A stretch of 64,000 bases of DNA from Mobula hypostoma (taxonomy: Eukaryota), in assembly GCF_963921235.1 (NCBI RefSeq), contig NC_086097.1:41046001-41110000 (forward strand), in the 5' to 3' direction. A model generated the notes under the pieces. That model saw only the letters and a list, made by a program, of their open reading frames with translations, was not told the DNA's origin and did no database searches. Made by a program: the position numbers and the translations under genes. Below are positions 26,140 through 38,909 of this stretch, one piece after another (positions within the stretch are counted from its first letter, which is position 1; every line of letters starts with the position of its first letter).

Positions 26140-27645
26140 AGCCAGTGTTTAAATTAATATGGCAGGGGAATGGGAACCAGGATGACAGAGCTGAGGATGA
26201 GCCAGCAGGTTTACAAGTAGATGATGGGTGTAACATGAATGTAAGGAAGGACAAGCCAATGACTGGGTACAAATGGAGACAAAGCAAAGAGTTAAATTGT
26301 ACCACAGAGGCAAAATTCAAAAGGGCAAAGAATGCAGGACTGAAGGTTCTGTATATAAATGTGCATAGCATTCAGCATAAGGTGGACGAACTCATGGCTC
26401 AATTAGAGATTGGTCGGTATGACATTGTTGGCATCACTGAGTCGTGGCTGAAAAAAGGCTACAGTTGGGAGCTCAACATCATGGGATACAATTTGTATCG
26501 AAAGGACAGGCAGAAAGGCATAGGCAGTGGTGTGGCTCTGTTGGTAAGAGATGGCGTCACGTTAAGGAGTAGGAGTGAATGCCATTGCTATTACAGAGGA
26601 GGAAGTGCTAGGCAAACTCTAAGGTCTTAAGGTGGCCAGATGGGAAACATTCCAGAGTCCTGAGAGAGAATGCTGAAGAGATAACGGATATATTGATCTT
26701 TCAAGAATCACTTGATAGTGGCATGGTCCTGGAGGACTGGAAAGCTGGAAATGTCACTCCACTCTTTAGGAAGGGAGGAAGGTGGAAAAAATGGAAATTA
26801 CAGGCCAGTTAGCCTAATCTCAGTGGTTGGGAAAGTGTTGGAGTCTGTTATTAAGGATGAGGTTTCAGGGGACTTGGAGACTAATGATAAAATAAGTAAA
26901 AGGCAGCATGGTTTCTGTGAAGGGAAATCTTGCCTGACAAATCTGTTAGAGTTCTTTGGGAAAGTAACAAGCAGGGTGGACAAAGGAGAGGCAGTGGATG
27001 TTGTTTACTTGGATTTACAGAAGGTGTTTGATAAGGTGCCAGGAGATAATGCTGAGGCTTTATAAAACACTTCTTAGGCCACACTTGGAGTATTGTCAAC
27101 AGTTTTGGGCCTCAAATCTCAGAACAGATGTGTTGTCATTGGAAAGTCCAGAGGAGGTTCACAAAAATGATTCCAGGAATGAAGGGGGTAACATATGAGG
27201 ACCGTTTGGCAGCTATGGGCCTACATTAATTGAAACTTGGAAGAATGCATAGGGATCTCATTGAAACCTACCGAATGTTGAAAGGTCTTGATAGGGTGGA
27301 TATAGCGAGGATGTTTCCTATGGTGGGGGTATCCAGAACTGGAGGGCACAGCCTCAAAATTGAGTGGGACCCTTTAGAACAAAGGTAAGGAGGAATTTCT
27401 TTTTAGCTTGAGAGTAGTAAATCTGTGGAATGCTCTGCCACAGACTGCAGTAGATGACAAGTCTGTGTGTATATTTAAGGCAGAAGTTGATCGTTTCCTG
27501 ATCGGTCAGGGCATCAAAGGATTGGGCGAGAAGGCAAGTATATGGGGTTGAGTGGGAACCAAGATCAGCCATGATGGAATGGTGGAGCAGGTTCGATGGG
27601 CTGAATGGCCTAATTCTGCTCCTATGCCTTGCAATCTTATGGTTT
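26140..27645 (+). mobile_element. CR1 with large internal deletions, nested in an opposite-strand CR1
   Basis: LKVLYINVHSIQHKVDEL..GITESWL (APE), NYRPVSL..QHGF..KSCLTNL..DKVP joined directly to MLRLYKTLLRPHLEYC; intact 3' tail. Confidence 0.88.
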
Positions 27646-28221
27646 AATTCCAGAACCTAGTGATTCTTGAAAGATCATTACTAATGCCACTACAATCTCT
27701 TCAGCCACCTCTTTCAGACCTCTGGGGTGTACAGCATCTTGTCCAGGTGACTTATCTACCTTCAGACCTTTCAGCTTCCCAAGAACCACTAATTCAGTTA
27801 ATTTGCCTTTTCCTTGTCCCACATTACTACCTCTCCAGCATTGTTTTCCAGTGACCCGATATCCACTCTCACCTCTCTTTGATACTTCATGTATATGAAG
27901 AAACTTTTGGTGTCCTCTTTAATATTATTGGCCAGGTTATTTTTGCATTCCATCTTTACCTTAATTACATTTTTAGTTGCTTTCTGTTGGTTTTTAAATC
28001 TTCCCAATTCTCTAACTTCCCACTAATTTTTGCTCAATTATATGCCCTCTCTTTGGCTTTTATGTTGGCTTTAACTTCTCTTGTTAGCTACAGTTGTCAT
28101 TTTGCCTTTAGAATACTTCTTCCTCTCTAGGATGTAAATATCCTGTGCTTTTCAAATTGCTTCCAGAAATTTCAGCCATTACTGCTCTGCCATCATGCCT
28201 GCCAATGTTCTTTTCTGATCA

Positions 28222-28715
28222 ATAGAGTGAGTTCAGAGGAGATTTACAAGGATGTTGCCTGAATTGGAAAGCATGCCTTATGTGAGTAGGTTAAGTGAAC
28301 CTGGCCTTTTTTCCTTGGAGCAGCGGAGCATGATAGGCGAGCTGATAGAGGTGTATAACGTGATGAGAGTCATTGATCGTGTGGATGGTCAGAGGCTTTT
28401 TCCCCAGAGCTGAAATGGCTAACGCAAGAGGGCACAGTTTTCAGGTGCTTGAAAATCGATACTGAGGAGATGTCAGAGTTAAGTTTTTTTACTCAGAGAG
28501 TGGTGGGTGCGTGGAATGCACTGCCAGCGATGGTGGTAGAGGTGGATACAATAGGGTCTTTTAAGAGACTCTTAGATAGGTACATGGAGCTTTGAAAAAT
28601 AGAGGGCTATGAGGTAGGGAAATTCTAGACAGCTTCTAGAGTAGTCTACATGGTCAACACAACATTGTGGGCTGAAAGGCCTGTAATGTGCTGTAGATTT
28701 CTATGGTCTATCTTC
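28222..28715 (+). mobile_element. CR1 3' fragment, nested
   Basis: VQRRFTRMLP..GLFSLE.R coding remnant and the gggctgaaaggcctgtaatgtgctgtag tail. Confidence 0.85.
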
Positions 28716-30534
28716 TAATTATGGCCAATTCCTCTTTCGTACCTCCATAGTTCCCTTTACTGCACTATAATACTGATACATCTGACTTCAGTTTCTTTCT
28801 CAAATTTCAGGGTGAATTCGATCATACTATGATCACTTCCCCTGAGGATTCTTTTACCTTTACCTACCTTAAGTTCATTGCACAACACCCAGTCGAGAAT
28901 AGCTGATCCTCTCATGGGCTCAAGCACAAACTGCTCTAAAAAGCCATCTCAAAAACTCTTTGGAAATTCTCCCTCCTGGAATCCAGCACCAACCTGATTT
29001 TCCCAATCTAGCTGCATATTGAAATCCCCCATGACTATTGTCACATTGCCCTTTTGGCATGCATGTTCTATCTCCTGTTGTTATTTGAAGACCACGTCCT
29101 TACTACTGTTTGGGGGTCTGTTTACAACTCCCATCAGGGCTTTTTACTCTTTGCACTTCCTTAGCTCTATCCACAATGATTCAACACCTTCTAACCCTAT
29201 GTCATGTCTTTTTAATAATTTGATTTCATTTTTTTACCAACAGAGCAACGCTGCCCCCTCTGTCTTATTGCCTGTCCTTTCAGAACAATGTGTATCCTTG
29301 GACATTAATCTCTCCAGTATGATCTTCTTTCAGCCATGATACAGTAATGTCTACAACATCATACGTGCCAAACTGCAACTGTGCTGCAAGTTTATTTGCC
29401 TCATCCCATATACTGCACACATTAAATATAACGCCATCAGTCCTGAATTCACCCTTTTTGATTTTGTCTGCCTTTAACATTGCAACTCATCCTGCCCTAG
29501 CAACAGCCTCTCCTCACTACACATTGCCTGTTTGTAAGCCAGCTACCTCATCTTCAGCACTATTATCCGCCTTTCATTCCCATCACCATTTGCAGCTCTA
29601 GTTTAAACCCCACCATGTACCATTTACAAACCTTCCTGCGAGGATATTCCCCTAATGTTCCCCCTGCACCAGTTCAGGTGCAAACAGTCCCTTCTGTGCC
29701 TGCCCTACCTTCCCTCGAAGAGAATCCAGTGATTCAATAATCTTATGGCCTCTCTCCTCCACCAACTCCTTAGCCATGTACTAAGCCATATAATCTTCCT
29801 AGTTATGGCCTCACTAGCACATGGCATGGGTAGCAATCCTGAGACGATAACCCTGGAGGTCCTCCCTTTTAACTTGGCACACGACTCTCTTAACTCCCTG
29901 TGGAGAATTTCATCACTCATCCTACCCATGACATTGGTACCTACACGGACCACAACTTCTAGCTATTCACCCTCCCACTTAAGAATGCTGAAGACTCAGT
30001 TGGAGATGTCCCAGACTGTGGCACCTGAAAGGCTCATTCCCACCCACAGAACCTCTTGTCTGTTCCTCTAACTATCGAATCCCCAATCTCCACAGTTTGC
30101 CTCTTCTCCCCCACTTCCCTTCTGAGCCACAGAGCTAGATTCAGTGCCAGAAACCCGACCACTGTGACTTTCAGGTCATCCTCCCTGACAGTATCCAAAG
30201 TGTTGAGGAGATGGCCACAGGGGTACTCAACATTGGTTCCGTAATCCCTTTCGCCTTTCTGACTGTCACCCAGTCTTCTGTATCCTGCACCTTGGGTGTA
30301 ACTACCTCTCTGTATGTCCTATCTGTCACCTCCTCAGCCTTCCAAGTGATCCAGAGTTCATCCAGTTCCAGCTCCAACTCCTTAACGCAGATTGTTAGAA
30401 GCTGCGGCTGGATGCACCTCATAGTTGTACTCATTAGGGACACTGGAGGACTCCCTGCCTTCCCACACAGCCTGCAAGAGGAGCATTCCACTATCCTGCT
30501 TGGCATCTCTCCTGTCCTAGCTGAGCAGATATGA

Positions 30535-31455
30535 AGAAAGGGAGATTTTTGATTATTAGTTATAACCACAGCCATAGGAGCATGATAGATCAGTTTAATC
30601 CAGGAAATAAATCCCAGGCCAAGATTAAGTCTTCCCAAAGCCTCAAATAAGTAAGACCATTCCACCCAATCAAAGATTTTCTCTGCATGAAGAGAAACAA
30701 CACATTCAGATTCTTTAGATGGAGAAGAATGAATAATATTTAATATTTCCTTCCTTTGTTCCTAAAAAGTTCTTTGACCGAATAGATTCTATAATCTTAT
30801 TTTATATTTGGAACAATAAAAATCCTAGATTGAGTAAACCCTTCTTTGCAGAAATTAAAAAGAGATGGTGGTATGGCTTTGCCTAATTTTAGAATGTACT
30901 ATTGGGCAATTAATATTCAATATATTACTTTTTGGATTCACTATTCAGATATACATGAATGTCCTTCATGGTTGGATTTAGAGGAAAACTGAGTGAAAGG
31001 ATTCTCTTTGGCCTCTTTACTGGGAGCTCCTCTTCCCTTTTTGTTTTCTAAGATTGGTAGACAAGATTTTAATCCCATTATTAAACATACGTTAAGAATT
31101 TGGTTTCAGTTTCGTAGATTTATTGAGTTAAATAATTTTATTCTTTCTAGTAATATCCATCTCAATTATTTTTTAGACCATCAATTTTAGATAAGGCCTT
31201 TTTAATTTGGAAAACCAAGGGAATAATAACTTATTCAGATTTGTTTTTTGGGGACTGTTCAATGTCTTTTTCTCAGTCAGTGGATAAATATAATTTATCT
31301 AAGGTACACTTTTTTAGATATTTACAAATTAGGAATTTTTTTTACGTGGTTTGTTGCCGAATTACCCTTCTGCTTATCCACCTAATAGGACAGATGCTCT
31401 CTTTCAGTTTAAACCATTTCAAAAAGGGTTGATAGCTATAATCTATAAACGATTA
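30535..31455. mobile_element. L1 ORF2 fragment with internal inversion, nested in CR1
   Basis: About 30540-30750 reads on minus as VVSLHAEKIFDWVEWSYLF..WIKLIY. About 30750-31455 reads on plus as FIW-like..GGMALPNFRMYYWA..HFFRYLQIRNF. Confidence 0.82.
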
Positions 31456-31799
31456 TTGAAGAAGGGGGAAAAATATCTTAACCTTGAGCTTTTCTTTCCT
31501 TTGCTTTCTCTGACTTCTTTATTGAAGCTCCGAAGAGCTAAAGCCTCTGGATCTCCACTCGGACTCTGTCCACTCAGACGATGACCACTGTGCTTGCCCC
31601 TGCCTTCCTTTAACTTCGAGTTAATCAAACCCAAGTGCCAATTGGTCACCAGTCAAAGCTGCTTTACACTATAGCAACCCGCTGCTGCCTTTTCTACTCA
31701 GACAGTGGACCTGAGTGAAATCCCCTCCTCCCTAAACTTCTGATGTCCAGATTTGTTGCTGGTGAAAGCTCTCTTTTTAGGTGCATCCTAAATCAATAT

Positions 31800-33015
31800 G
31801 TACAGTAGATAGTCGGGCAAGTTGTGCCTTACTAATTTGATGGAGTTTTATGATACAATGAGGGTGATTGATGAATGTCGAGCTATGGATGTTGTCTATA
31901 TGCATTTTAGTTGGATGTTTAACAAGGTCCCTCATGGGACACTCATCCAAATGATTAAGATGCATGAAATCCATGGGAATTTATATTTTTTATTAATCTT
32001 ATTTGGCTATTTGGATTCAGAACTGGTCGAAGGAACATATTCTAATTGCGGTTCTGTGATTAGTGGTGTTACACAGGGATCTGTACTAGGATCTCTGTTG
32101 TTAGGGATATATACAGATTAGCTGAATGAAAATATAGATGGTTGGCTTGGTAAGTTTGCAGATGACATAAAGATTGTGGGTGTTGTGGGTAGCGTAAAAG
32201 ACTGGCAAAGAATAAAATGGGATAGGAGTGGAGAAATGACAGATAGAGTTTATCCTGGCCAGATGTGAGGTTTTGCACCTTGATAGGTCAAATGTAAAAA
32301 GACAGTACATTGACCTTTAACAGTGTTGATGAGCAGAGAGTCTTGGGATCTCCCTGAAAATGGCTACACAGGTTGATTGGATGGTTAAGATGCATATGGC
32401 AAGCTAGCCTTTAATTGTCAAGTCTTTGAGTTCAAAAGTCAGGAAGTTATGTTGCAGCTTTATAAAGTTCTGGTTGGATCACATCTGGAGTGTTGCTTAC
32501 AATTCTGTCACCCCATTGTAGGAAGGATGTCGAGGCTTTGAAGAGGATGCCTGGATTAGAGGGCATATGCTGTAATGAGAGTTTGGACAAACTTGGGTTG
32601 GTTTCTCAGGAGCGGTGTAAGGCTGAGGGGAGGACTGATGGAGGTTTATGAGATTGAGAGGCGTAAAGTTTACAGACAGTATCATTTTCCCAGAGTTGAA
32701 ATATCTAATGCAAGAGGGCATGTATTTAAGGTGGGATGGGGTAAGTTCAAAGGAGATGTCAGGAGCAAATTTTCTAAACAGAACTGTGGATGCCTGGAAT
32801 ACTTCTGGGATGTTGGTAGAGGCAGATACATCAAGGATTTTTAAGAAACATTAGATAGGCATATGAATTTGAGAGAAATGGAAGGATATGGACATTGGGT
32901 AGGCAGAGATGATTAGTTTAGTTGGCCATTTGATTACTAATTTAATTGATTTGGCACAACATTGTGGACGGAGGGGCTTGTTCCATGCTGTACTGTTTTA
33001 TGTTCTGTGTTCTAC
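31800..33015 (+). mobile_element. CR1 RT-to-3'-end fragment, decayed
   Basis: CLTNLMEF..FNKVPHG, SGVTQGSVLG, KFADD, and a CR1 tail. Confidence 0.85.
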
Positions 33016-33754
33016 TATTGTCGATTTCACTGAAGTCTATGAGAGAATGCATCTTACACAGAATGGAGAGGTCCTCAAACCTTGGAAAACATGGTCCACT
33101 TCCTATATCTTGGGAACCACCTCAATGAAGACAGGCCTCTGATGAACTTCAACACCACCTTCAATGTTGTCAGTGCAGCCTTTGATTAACACAATATTCA
33201 TGAGCTACAAGACAGCACCAATCCCTGCTCTCATAGGGATCAAAGAACTGGACCTTCTATTGCAGAGAAGACACCCCAAGGCAAAATAGGACTAATATTG
33301 TCCATGCAATATCCTTCAAATTCACTGGAAAGATAAAAGAACCATCGTCAATGCTCTTTCTCATGCAATATCCTCAGTACTTAGGCCCAAATCTCCTTCG
33401 GCAATGGATGCTAGATTAGAAATACTATAATAGTTAAGAAGATAGAGGTGCTACAGTAATGATCTTTGTGAATGATTCTACTTTGATGCTTAATGCACAG
33501 TCACTCACACAGGGCATCCTGGTATCCATCTGATACACTGCATCTCGCTGCTGTACTGAGGAGAACTGAGGATGCAGCTTTGGTCACAACCAGCTTCGTT
33601 TTGAATGTGAGTTTTGTATTGCTCCAGGCTGGGCTAGAGACCATGCTGAGAGAGGCATTGCAACCTTATCCCATTGCGCACCTTTATTCCACCACCTCAA
33701 AATGTCTGTGACTGAGACCGATGGGTGGCAACTGGGAAGCAGTCAGTCTTGGCG

Positions 33755-35190
33755 ACACAAAAGGCTTGAGGAACTTAATAGGTCAGGCAGCATCTGTGGA
33801 GGGGGATAAAGAGTCAATGCTTCAAGGCCAAGACACTTTATCAGAACTGGAAAGGAGGAGGAGTGCAAGCTAGAAGATGACAGGTGAAACTAGGTGGGGA
33901 TGAAGTAAGATGCTGGGAGTGATAGCTGGAAAAGGTAAAAGGATGATGAAGGAGGAATCTGACAGGAGAGGAGTGTAGACTTTTGGAGAAAGGGAAGGAG
34001 GAGGACACAGGAGAAAGGTGATAGGCAGCTGAGAAGAGAATGGATAACCAAGGAGCCCGAATAGGGAATGAAAAAGAGAAGAGAGGGAATGAGAAATTAC
34101 CAGGTTAGAGAAATCAATAGTTCAATAGTCCATTTAATATAGGTGAAGTGTATACAATATACAAACTGAAATTCTTGTTCTTCGCAGACATCCACGAAAA
34201 CAGAAGAGTTCCCCAAAGAATGAGCGACAGTAAAAATGGTATAACCTCTGAAGTCCCCCTACCCCCTGTTGCAGCAAAGCAACAACCCTCCCCTCCCCCA
34301 CTTAAGCAAAAAAAAGCATCAGCATCCTCCACTCACCAAGGAAGCAATAGCAAATCCCCCAAGAAAGACCATGATCTGCAGTGCAACAAAAACTAATCAT
34401 TCACCCGATAATTCGACATACCACAGGCTCTGTCTCTCCCGAATAGAGGGACAAGGAGGCATCACCCTTTTCAAGCGAGAAGGGTGACGTAAACAAAACA
34501 ATTCACTGATTCATGATGATAAAGTCTGTCATGTCACTTTTTTTTTCCTGAGTTCTCTGACTCAAGAATTGGTAACAAACTCACCTGCACCAACAGGAGA
34601 GAGAGGGTGCTTCATTCACCGAGTACAGAGCCCCCGACAGCTGATCCACTGTTCCCAGTGTTTTCTTTACTCCCGCGATGCTTCAGTTGGCAACACCGGC
34701 TGAGAGTCAGCTTGTCCACACGGCTATGAAGCCTCGGAACCCTGAAGGCAAAACTCGTCTTCTAGAACACGCCCTTGGGATATCGAAGACTGTGTGTACC
34801 TCTAGGTCAGAGTCTCCAACGGAACCTTATCCACCTTGAAAAGGAAAAAGAGAGACAATAAAGGTAGAATTTAAGCTGTTTTCACAGATAAACTTGAAAG
34901 AGTCACTGTTAAGCACCATCGCAGCTCCGCCCCTCACCATCGATGTTCATGCTGTCATGTTAGAAGCTACCTAGACGGGATATGAGGTGTTGCTCTCCAA
35001 CCTGAGTATATCCTCATTGTGACATTAGAGGGGGCCATGGACTGACATGTCAGAATGGGAATGGGGAGTGGAATTAAAATGTTGGCCACCGGAACATCCT
35101 GTTTGTTGCAGATGGAGCAAAGGTGCTCAAGAAAGAGGTCTCACAATCTACGTAGGACCTCACCGATACAGAGGAGGCTGCACAGAAGGC
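33755..35190 (-). mobile_element. Penelope-like element 3' portion (GIY-YIG end plus terminal repeat), split by a SINE-like insert at about 34115-34940
   Basis: Minus strand: CSLLCIGE..RRL and H.IS RLGSF..MNID-like remnants, a pyrimidine-rich spacer and a terminal repeat, all homologous to 38910-39870. Confidence 0.75.
34115..34940 (-). mobile_element. Non-autonomous SINE-like insertion of about 0.8 kb
   Basis: Interrupts the Penelope sequence gagaaatc|gatgttcatg. Minus strand starts gggcggagctgcgatggtgc and ends ATTAAA..(ctattgaa)2. Confidence 0.6.
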
Positions 35191-36629
35191 AGCTGTGGTT
35201 ATCATGATGCTGATAGCCAGGGCAAGCACCTAGTAGGCGCGGGATCAATGGGGCGCAATTTTTGCAGCACACAAAAAATGCTGGAAGAACTCAGCAGGCC
35301 AGGCAGCATCTACGGAAAAAAGTACAGTCAACGTTTCAGGCTGAAACCCTTCAGCAGGACAATATTCATAGTTGCTGGTCTCCATGGGCAGTGAGTGCAG
35401 CAGTATCTGCAGTAGGAAACTCCACAGCAGAGTGCAGTTCTCTATTTTTAGGTTATAGATGTGAATTGTCGCATCAAGAAGCTATTTATGAATGAGTTCT
35501 GCCGTAAAACAACCTGAAAATCTGGTGATTTGTAGTATGTCTGCGAGCTTTTGTGCTCTACTATGCTTTTATTGCTGCTTAACAACCAAAGAATTGAGTT
35601 TCATGTATGGCAATTATTGCTTTTTTGCACATTTCAAAATGTAGTTACTTTTAATATTTTGCACTTATAAACAGGGAATTGGTGATTGTGCAGTTTTACT
35701 TCAATCATATTTATGTTCCCACCTCGATTTAACACTTTGTAAAATGTATAGCCCTCTGAACATTGTGGCCAAGGAATTCCACTTCCCATTCCACTACGAT
35801 GGTTGCAGCATTGATGTGTCAGTGATTGTTCTGGTTCTGTGCTTGTCGTACCTTAAGCCTACTCAGGTTGATTTCCCTCCCATGGGCTGAGATTAAGGAT
35901 GAAGTGGGCCGGTGGTTGGTGATGGAGAGAAGGTCAGCAGGCAAAGGCAAGTGCTGAGGTTGGAAATAGCACAAGGTAACAAGCAAAGGAGAATGGTGGA
36001 TTAGGAAATGAGGGGTAATACTGGCGGAAAACTAGGAAGAAAAGGGATATGTTTTCAGGCAGAGCATGACTGCGGCTGCCTTCAGGACGAGTTCCTCCGT
36101 GCTGCATATCCAGCTTATTTCCAGTCCTCGTTCTCCAGCAAGAGCCTGATGTGACGTTTCTTTCTGTTGTGGATGAGGAGATGAGACTTCACTCGTTAAG
36201 CAGAAGAGAACTTAACCTAAGTTGTCTAGGGGTGATCATCAATGGGAAGTTCTTCACAAAATTTTTACTACTTTATGCTGGACTGGGATCACATCAAGTA
36301 AGCTTCAGGCTTGGCTTTGATTTGATCCTTTGGTTACCCTCATCTTCTAATCTCCCTCCCGAAGTCTGACCTTGTTACCTTGTTCTACTTCCCGTCCCCC
36401 CAGCTCCCACTGATCTTGCACCCACGCGCCTTTTCATTTGTCACCTGCACTCCACCTCATCTCCCCCATCCCCCATCCCCAGGTCTGGTCTGTCAGTATT
36501 CACAATACAGGCTCTGACCACCTTATCTACTGTCCCCTTGTTTGCTCACTGTCACCCTTTTTAGACCCCTGTCTTACTGATACACGCAATTCACTTCTCT
36601 GCTACTTGTCTTCCTCACAATAGGTCTGA

Positions 36630-37135
36630 TCACCATGCCTCAGGTCATCAGTATCATCATTGCTATGTGTCATGTTGTATGACAGGGGTGATCATGGTCT
36701 TTGACCACGCAACATACACAAGATGCTAAAGATAACTCAGCAGGTCAGGCAGCATCTATGGAAAAGAGTAAACAGTCGACGTTTCGGGCTGAGACCCTTC
36801 AAGATTGTTCTTGGCAAATTTTCGATAGAAGTGGTTTGCCATTGCCGCCTTCTGGGCAGTTTCTTTACCAGACAGGTGACCCCAGCCATAATCAATACTC
36901 TTCAGAGATCGTCTGCCTGGTGTCAGTGGTCACATAACCAGGACTTGCTATAGGCACTAGCTGTTCATGCGACCATCCGCCACCTGTTCCCGTAGCTTCA
37001 CGTGACCCTGGTCAGGGGGTGGGGGAGGGCTAAGTGAGTGCTACACCTTGCCCAAGGGTGACTTGTAGGCTAGTGGAGGGAAGGAGCACCTTACATCTCC
37101 TTTAGTAGAGATGTACCTCCACCCTGACACCCATT
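36630..37135 (-). mobile_element. RTE-related SINE-like element, with a Penelope repeat fragment inserted at about 36705-36803
   Basis: Minus strand contains gaaggcggcaatggcaaaccact (resembles the RTE/BovB-derived SINE motif) and a (gat)n-like tail. Confidence 0.55.
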
Positions 37136-37720
37136 GTGTCACCCACATGTCTAAGGTGCTAGCTTTGTTTTGATTATCTAGTGAAACCCAAACTTGATCC
37201 AGGAACTGATAAAAAGATAAATGATTCCCTTGCCTCAATGAGCTGTTCTGCTTGGATTGAGAATTTTCTGCTGTAATCAGTAACTTTCGACCTGAAGCAT
37301 ATTATTTTAGCCAATCCCTTGAGTACGGTAGTAGCTAGAAAAGTTAGCTTTTAAGTAGCATGATGTGTTTCAACTCCATCTCTTTTACATATTATTTACT
37401 GAAAGGACATAGATGGAGACTTGTACAGAGTAGTTTAATTTTGACCTGAATATTTCAAGAAGTTTCATTTTGCAAGTGTTGACTTGAATGAAGCTTTCCT
37501 CCTCTCTGTGACAGAAACTGTGATTCCCTCTCTTGTGGCTCCTCTCCTTGTGGTTTCTACTACTCTCGTGCTCCTTGACTATTTTGCTTTCTGACCCCTG
37601 ACTCACTAACCACCCCTGCTTTTTGTTACCAGCACTGTTCCTTCATGATGTTCAGTCCTGTTCAGGGTCTTAATACTGGGTCAAAAGTCGACACTTTTAC
37701 TCTTCCCCCAACCCTGCAGG

Positions 37721-38766
37721 CAGGGGCGTATCTATGGAAAATAGCGCCTATGGCAAGCACTGAAATTGCGCCCCTGTCCAGACATCTGACACCCATCTTT
37801 TAGATAACCTTACCATAATATCAGCTCAAAAATACAAACCAAGCTCGTTAATCTTTTAATTAACAAATTATGGCACTACATGAAAAGTACGACTGCACCT
37901 TCCTTGCTTTCACTGATGCAAATTGGTCTATGATGTGATCAAAGTCAGTTTTTTCAGTTTCTTCTCTTCCTACACTCAGCAGAGCAAGAGCACAGAGCCA
38001 TGACCTTTGACCCATGGAGGCTCTCAAATACGAAGGTATTAGTTTTAACTTGCTGAATGATCTCTCACAGCTGGTGATGGAAATTGAAACGGTTAGTATT
38101 ATCTGAATAGCAATGCGAAGACTGGGGAAGACACTCTCATCTCCATACTGAACAATAAATTCAAACAGCTCTTCAGTTCTTGATATTTTCATGTTGACCC
38201 ACGTTGATAGCAACATTCTGCAATCCAAAATTTCTTCATATGGTTGCTGTCCATCAGCATCAGAGCTGTACAATTCGCCCAAATTTTCTCACTTCTTCTT
38301 TAGGTCGTTACTGTCGGTGCCGTAACACAGTCTCTTGACATCGAGAAGGAACCCAAACTTGGCGTCAGTGTCGTGCAAATGAGCGAACCTTTCGTCCATT
38401 TCTCTGTGAAGACAGTCGAGTGTTCCCTTCATGACTCTTTCCATTTCCTCCTTAGCTGTTAACCCAGTGTCTCTCGAGTTCTCATCAGCCATTCGTTTCT
38501 TTCGTCTCTGACGTCTTTCAGCTCCACTTTCCTCCTTCTTTGTGAAGAAACGTTTCATGGCCTTCTTACAGAATGCTCTGAAAAAAGGCCATCCTAGTGC
38601 TTCTCACCCATGATCATCAAAGACAGATCATACATCTGAAGAAAATCCTTTTTTCACTATCCGAGGATGTCTTGTCTGACTTTAGTAGAAACTGCTCAGT
38701 GGTGCCCCCCCTTCAAGTGGCACCCAGGGCACGTGCCATACCTGCCAAACCCTAGATACGCCACTG
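37721..38766 (-). mobile_element. hAT (Tip100-like) DNA transposon, internally deleted, 1046 bp
   Basis: TIRs CAGGGGCGTATCTA / TAGATACGCCACTG (13/14 match) and a perfect 8-bp TSD CCTGCAGG (37713-37720 / 38767-38774). ORF 37860..38282 carries the hAT dimerisation motif FPSLRIAIQIILTVSISITSCERSFSKLKLI.SYLRASM.Q. Confidence 0.95.
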
Positions 38767-38909
38767 CCTGCAGGTGCTGCTTTAACCCACTGAGTTCCTC
38801 CAACATATCGACCTTTTACAAACCATCTGTGCTTTCTTTTAATCTCAGAATGGTCCACTATTAATCGGGCAAGGGAATGAAGAAAACAAAGATAGCCAAG
38901 ACAGGTAAA

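Larger units (their letters stand above)
25075..31760 (-). mobile_element. Decayed near-full-length CR1 hosting three nested insertions
   Basis: Collinear minus-strand pieces: ERVQRKFT (25.2k), [13 protein letters not shown] (25.7k), DKSPGQD (27.7k), APE (29.0-29.4k), esterase ORF1 VGTNVMGR / SWWRREA.RLLNHW (29.7-30.5k), and a 5'UTR similar to 21840-22030 (31.5-31.7k). Confidence 0.85.

Noticed and set aside
30171..30665. 164-aa ORF that looks like a novel RT / zinc-finger fusion
   Set aside because: Chance read-through from an inverted L1 fragment into a decayed CR1 ORF1.
37860..38282. ZMYM1/ZBED-like domesticated host gene
   Set aside because: It lies within TIRs and an 8-bp TSD, lacks the catalytic core and is frameshifted.
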